Shown here: positions 49,541 through 53,577 of the stretch, piece by piece
Layout of the letters: each line of letters begins with the position of its first letter
Position numbering within the stretch: the stretch's first letter is position 1
Assembly (NCBI GenBank): GCA_900542595.1
Contig: UQOB01000002.1
Span: forward strand, 1-53,577
Reading direction: 5' to 3'
Source: an uncultured Mollicutes bacterium
GTDB taxonomy: Bacteria > Bacillota_I > Bacilli_A > RFN20 > CAG-826
DNA length: 53,577 nucleotides
Made by a program: the position numbers and the translations under genes
The notes under the pieces: generated by a model
The model's database searches: none
What the model saw: only the letters and a program-made list of their open reading frames with translations
Told to the model about the DNA's origin: nothing

Positions 49541-49567
49541 TGCCTCAAGAACTCTTAAAATAAAGCC

Positions 49568-50155
49568 ATGTATAAACCGATAGTGCTCGCGACAAATAAT
49601 CCTCATAAACTTCAAGAATATCGAGAAATCTTAGCCCCGATGGGCTACGTTATTTATGGGACCAAAGATTTAAATATCGATTGTGACCCACCGGAAATTG
49701 GGAACACCTATGAAGAGAACGCTTATATCAAGGCGAAGGCTTTAAGAAACCTCGTTCCTTACCCCGTCATCAGCGATGATAGTGGCTTAGAAATCGAAGC
49801 GCTCGACAATTTCCCCGGCATTCATAGTGCCCGTTTCGCTAGTCAATTTAAAAACTATAAAGAAGCGATGGAAGAAATTCTTAAGAGAATGAAGGATGAA
49901 GAAAACCGGAATGCCGCTTTCCACTGCACGATTTGTTTACTTGAAAATAAGGATAGTAAACCCCTCTTTTTCACTGGTATTTGTCCAGGTAAAATCTTAG
50001 ATCACATCGAAGGAGAACATGGTTTTGGCTATGACCCTATCTTCTTTTCTAACGAAGCTAATATGCCTTTTGGCTTAGCCAGCGAAGAAATTAAGAACAA
50101 ATATAGCCACCGAAAGAAGGCTTTAGAAAAACTCGCTTTGTACCTGGCCATTTAA
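49568..50155 (+). CDS. rdgB: dITP/XTP pyrophosphatase (RdgB/HAM1 family)
   Basis: 195 aa. Motifs: LATNNPHKLQEY, SDDSGLEIEAL, FGYDPIF. Confidence 0.9.
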   Translation: MYKPIVLATNNPHKLQEYREILAPMGYVIYGTKDLNIDCDPPEIGNTYEENAYIKAKALRNLVPYPVISDDSGLEIEALDNFPGIHSARFASQFKNYKEAMEEILKRMKDEENRNAAFHCTICLLENKDSKPLFFTGICPGKILDHIEGEHGFGYDPIFFSNEANMPFGLASEEIKNKYSHRKKALEKLALYLAI

Positions 50156-50171
50156 ATAGTTACAATTAGGT

Positions 50172-51566
50172 ATGAAGAAAAATAAGCTTACATGGGTGCA
50201 ATGGGTCGGCTTGATTTTAGTGGGTCTGGTCGGTCAGTTGGCCTGGGTTATCGAGAATAACCAAATCAATCTTTGGGTTTATAGTCAAACTCATGACGCA
50301 AGTTACGTCAACTGGATGACCACCGCTAGTGCCATCATGGCCACCGTCACCACTTTCTTAATGGGCGCTTTAAGCGATAAGTTAGGAAAGAGAAAAATCT
50401 TTATCTGCGGGGGCTACATGATTTGGGGGGTCACCGTTTTCCTCTTCGGTTTAATCAGTTACCAAAACATGAGCATCGTCTTCCCGATGGTCAGCGCCAG
50501 CATCATGGTCGGGGTGATGATGGTGATTATGGACTGCATGATGACTTTCTTCGGTAGTACCGCTAACGACGCATGTTTTAATGCCTACGTCACCGATACC
50601 ACTAATCCCGAAAACCGCGGGAAGGTCGAAAGCGTTCTTTCTGTCTTACCTTTAGTTGCTAATATCTTAATCGTTGGGGCTTTAATGGTCTTTGGAGCCA
50701 CCTCCTTACCGGAAAAGCCTACTGACTTGGAAACCGATGCTGCATCTGTTGCCCCAGCTTGGTTCTACTTCTTCCTCGCTTTCGGTATCCTCGTCTTCTT
50801 AGCAGGTTTAGCCGCCATATGGCTCCTCCCCAAGGAAGAAAAGAAACCGAAACCTGATCAAAAATATTGGGCGAGCTTAATCTATGGCTTTAGACCAAAA
50901 GTCATCAAGGATAATAAAAAGTTCTATATCGCCTTATTGACGTTCATGGCTTTTAATACCGCGGTCGATGCTTTCTTACCTTACTACATGATTTATTTCC
51001 AAAATGAAACCAGTACCGGAGGACTTGGATATTCTGGCGACAATATTATCTATTTCTACGTTGCTCTTTTAACGATTCTTCTCTGTGCATCTATCGTCAC
51101 GATTATCATCGGTTATTTCATGGAAAAGATTGGAAAAATGAAGTTACTGTTCACCGCTTTAGGGCTCAGTATCCTAGGATTTTTATTGATGTATTTTGCA
51201 AAAGACGTGGTTTTTGTGACGATTTCGGGATTTTTAATGATGACTGGTTACCTCATTGGTACCGCTGTTTTAGGAGCGATATTACGTAATGAAACACCCG
51301 TCAATGAAGTCGGGCTATTCCAAGGGGTGAGAATGATTTTCGCCGTTATGCTTCCGATGATTATCGGCAGTAACATCAGCACTCTCATCTTTAACTTATC
51401 AGGCGGCACCTATTTCGATAGCGGAATGCAGCAGACGATGACCGCGCCGAATAGCAACATGTTCTTAGTTAGCTTAGGCTTTATGGTGGTCGCGATTGCC
51501 CCGTCGATTTGGTTACTGAAAGCAAGCCAAAAAGAACCAGATTTAAAAGAAGAAACTAAACAATAA
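50172..51566 (+). CDS. MFS-type transporter, substrate unknown
   Basis: 464 aa with about 12 hydrophobic segments. Contains the MFS loop motif GALSDKLGKRK between TM2 and TM3. Confidence 0.82.
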   Translation: MKKNKLTWVQWVGLILVGLVGQLAWVIENNQINLWVYSQTHDASYVNWMTTASAIMATVTTFLMGALSDKLGKRKIFICGGYMIWGVTVFLFGLISYQNMSIVFPMVSASIMVGVMMVIMDCMMTFFGSTANDACFNAYVTDTTNPENRGKVESVLSVLPLVANILIVGALMVFGATSLPEKPTDLETDAASVAPAWFYFFLAFGILVFLAGLAAIWLLPKEEKKPKPDQKYWASLIYGFRPKVIKDNKKFYIALLTFMAFNTAVDAFLPYYMIYFQNETSTGGLGYSGDNIIYFYVALLTILLCASIVTIIIGYFMEKIGKMKLLFTALGLSILGFLLMYFAKDVVFVTISGFLMMTGYLIGTAVLGAILRNETPVNEVGLFQGVRMIFAVMLPMIIGSNISTLIFNLSGGTYFDSGMQQTMTAPNSNMFLVSLGFMVVAIAPSIWLLKASQKEPDLKEETKQ

Positions 51567-52691
51567 TTAGGCTAAAGGATAAAGGAAGGCCGCTCCCATA
51601 ATATGTTCGATGTCGAGCGGTTTTCCGTCGTAATTTTTACTGATTAAAGTATCGTCAATCGCGAGGTTTAAAGTGCCGTTATTGATAACGTCGCCGTTAC
51701 TTAAATAGTTGCCGGTTAATTCCGTTCCAGCGGGGAACGTTAAGGTCTTCTCTAAGTAAGAAAGAGTTACTTCATCGGTACTCGTCGTTCCTAATTTGAA
51801 ACCTTCCGTATAATTCACATAGATGATGTCTTTCGGGGTAGCTGTTAAATATTCTTTGCTATTAACATCGATGGCTTTATCAAAAATTAAAACCGGGAAG
51901 GTGGCTTTCACATTTTCATAGTTATAAGTGATGTCTAAAGTGGGGTTACTAGAGAGGTTCTTTTCTAAGTTTAACCAGCTTTCCCCGTTCGAAAGATAGA
52001 CGGGATATGCAGGGTTATCTTCATTTTGAGATCCCCGATCGAGGTAGAAAGTTCCTTTCCCTTGGATAGTTGTCGGGGCTCCAAAACCGCTCGCCCAAGT
52101 GAATTCAGTTCCTTCGTAGAGGGTGGTGTCAGAAGCGGCGCTAATCGTGTAGCCGGTGAAAGTCGGAACATAACCATATTCCTTGATACCGCCGGTACCT
52201 TCGGGATATTGGATATTTCATTTCTCATTATCTTTATATGTCGCATCAAAGGTGATGATTTGGCTTTCTTCATCCCGAATATATAAAGAGTTTTCTCTAA
52301 ATCTAAATTTTAAGCTGTAATCTTTTTCAACGAAGGAAGCATAGACATTACAGTCAGCGGTAATCTTACTTAAATCAACCGGATCACCATTTTCATAGCT
52401 CCCCTTCCATTCATCGAAGACATAATGTTTACCTGCGGAAGGAGCTTTTTCTGATCTGGATAAATAGTCATAAGGACTATTAGCATCGTTATTTTTAAAG
52501 GTAGCAGCTCTTCCACCGATAACGTAGGAATAACCGATAGCGACCGGCGTTGGAGCGTCGTCATAATAGGTGACCGTGAAGACGTTCTTCATCGCAGTAC
52601 TAGCACCTTCATTATCCCCGCAGGAAACTAAAGAAAGCGTGACAGTTGATAGAGTTAAGGCACTAAAGACAATTTTTTGTATTTTTTTCAT
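51567..52691 (-). pseudogene. lipoprotein gene interrupted by a single in-frame TGA (52218-52220); ORF-track pieces 52218..52706 and 51567..51911 are one reading frame
   Basis: Signal peptide plus lipobox MKKIQKIVFSALTLSTVTLSLVSCG from ATG 52691. Codon-by-codon translation of 52217 down to 51912 has no stop: NIQYPEGTGGIKEYGYVPTFTGYTISAASDTTLYEGTEFTWASGFGAPTTIQGKGTFYLDRGSQNEDNPAYPVYLSNGESWLNLEKNLSSNPTLDITYNYENV. It runs straight into the 114-aa ORF. The N-terminal part has a Listeria/Bacteroides-repeat-like HYVFDEWKG. Confidence 0.6.
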
Positions 52692-52839
52692 CGGGCTTAT
52701 TATCAACTACCGAAGAATAAAAATAAAGGGAAAGCGGAGAAAGTTCGTTATTCTTCCTTTAGGAAGAGGGCGTTTTTCCCTATTGCCTAGCCCCCTTGAT
52801 GAGGGTATATTTATAAAGCGAAAGACGGGTAAATTTCAT

Positions 52840-53349
52840 ATGAAAAAGACAAATACCAATAAAATCCTTATTCTCCTCAGCAATTTAGCGGTTATCATCG
52901 GCATCTTCTGTATGTTCGCGGCCGCTTTTAATGAAGATGGAGGTAGCGTTCGGGGCTCTGTATTCCAAGTCATGGCTCCTCTTAGCGAAACCGGCTACCA
53001 CTTAGTGGTTCCGCTGGTGATTGGCTTAACCATCCTCCTCCTCAGCGTCGTCCTCGGCTTCTTATCCTTGGTCCTCGACAATAAAAAACTTAAATTTGCG
53101 GCTGGCGTCCTCATCGTCCTTGACCTTGCCGGCGCGGTCCTCTTCTTCTTAACTCCGACCTTCTATATGGCCGCTAATCCCCAAATTGGAGATCTTGATT
53201 TAACCGGAGCGACCTCCCTCGGGGCTGGCCCGATTTGCGTCGGGGTGTTCACCATCTTAGGCGCTCTTCTCAGCCTTATCAGCATCGTCCTTAAGGGTAG
53301 CGACACTACTTCTCAACCCGTCAAAGGCGGTATTCGGAGAGCGAGATAA
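52840..53349 (+). CDS. small membrane protein (~4 TM), unknown function
   Basis: 169 aa from ATG 52840 (MKKTNTNKILILLSNLAVIIGIFCMF...). The track's upstream extension to 52570 is antisense to the lipoprotein gene start. A candidate promoter TTGCCT-17-TATATT lies upstream. Confidence 0.6.
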   Translation: MKKTNTNKILILLSNLAVIIGIFCMFAAAFNEDGGSVRGSVFQVMAPLSETGYHLVVPLVIGLTILLLSVVLGFLSLVLDNKKLKFAAGVLIVLDLAGAVLFFLTPTFYMAANPQIGDLDLTGATSLGAGPICVGVFTILGALLSLISIVLKGSDTTSQPVKGGIRRAR

Positions 53350-53368
53350 ATTTCTCCTTTTGCAAATT

Positions 53369-53396
53369 ATCCCCGATGAAAACCGGGGATTTTTTG
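53369..53396 (+). terminator. rho-independent terminator after the small membrane protein gene
   Basis: ATCCCCG (53369-53375) pairs with CGGGGAT (53384-53390) around an 8-nt loop, followed by TTTTT. Confidence 0.7.
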
Positions 53397-53523
53397 TTGC
53401 TTAAATAACCAAGATATAAAAAGAAAATCCCTCTTATTTCGGAGGGTTATTAACTGATAGATATTTATTATAAAAAACTAGAAAATATTATTAATTTTTA
53501 TATAAAATATGTTAAAATAAATT

Positions 53524-53577
53524 ATGGGAAAATTAGTTAATATTAGCGAAGCAGCACAAATATTGGGTGTAACCACA
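53524..53577 (+). CDS. start of a probable helix-turn-helix DNA-binding protein (partial, runs off the right edge)
   Basis: MGKLVNISEAAQILGVTT resembles the first helices of MerR/excisionase-type HTH proteins. Only 18 codons are visible, and they lie in a very AT-rich stretch. Confidence 0.3.
   Translation, partial: MGKLVNISEAAQILGVTT

Noticed and set aside
49101-49560. Integrated prophage or ICE at the tRNA-Asp/tRNA-Gly locus
   Set aside because: No integrase, recombinase or phage-like ORF follows the tRNAs, and I found no repeat of the tRNA 3' end in the window. Only the short GC-rich island remains, and it is reported separately as a possible remnant.
52218-52220. Selenocysteine insertion at the in-frame TGA codons
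   Set aside because: Neither context resembles a selenoprotein. One is a lipoprotein with no nearby redox motif, and the other is the Trp position of rubredoxin. I saw no convincing SECIS-like hairpin directly downstream, and no sel genes are present in the window.
51971-52286. ORFs 51971..52273 (-) and 52026..52286 (+) as independent genes
   Set aside because: Both overlap the continuous lipoprotein reading frame, which is open from 52217 to 51567. Their translations are low-complexity.
52570-52839. 5' extension of ORF 52570..53349 (259 aa)
   Set aside because: The first ~90 codons are antisense to the lipoprotein gene start and cross the divergent intergenic region. The hydrophobic membrane protein starts naturally at ATG 52840 (MKKTNTNK...).

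Overview
53.6-kb chromosomal window from a low-GC Bacillota/Mollicutes-like bacterium. It uses the standard code: TGG encodes Trp throughout, and TGA ends at least eight genes, mostly in ATGA/GTGA start-stop overlaps. About 85% is coding and most genes are on the minus strand. In order, the window holds: leuS (partial) fused behind a glgC-glgD-glgA glycogen operon; aspS and rpmB; a pared-down version of the conserved Bacillota gmk-priA-rsmB-rlmN-stp-prkC-rpe cluster; a decayed rubredoxin/rubrerythrin gene; degV, rqcH, a choline-type kinase, a CxxC lipoprotein and an ATP-grasp gene; a complete F1Fo ATP synthase operon (atpI-like, B, E, F, H, A, G, D, C); pncA-like and udk-like genes; and a 16.6-kb co-directional string made of a giant 2198-aa membrane protein, yigZ, pepP, glpK, addB, addA and an orphan gene. 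After that come a CPBP protease, TraX and trxA; tRNA-Asp and tRNA-Gly; rdgB; an MFS transporter; a lipoprotein gene broken by one in-frame TGA; a small membrane protein; and an abrupt AT-rich break at the right edge. No rRNA, CRISPR array, transposase or integrase was seen. The most notable items are: (1) the orphan giant acidic membrane-anchored protein; (2) an ATP synthase c subunit with what looks like a two-carboxylate Na+-binding signature, paired with an epsilon subunit that lacks its regulatory C-terminal domain; (3) two in-frame TGA codons, one at the invariant Trp of a rubredoxin motif and one as the only lesion in a 379-codon lipoprotein frame; (4) an RsmB-like protein whose SAM-binding and catalytic-Cys motifs appear lost; and (5) a 57% GC ORF-less island between two terminators just downstream of the tRNA pair. 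All family assignments come from reading the translations and recalling family motifs. No database search was run, and all promoter and terminator calls are by eye.
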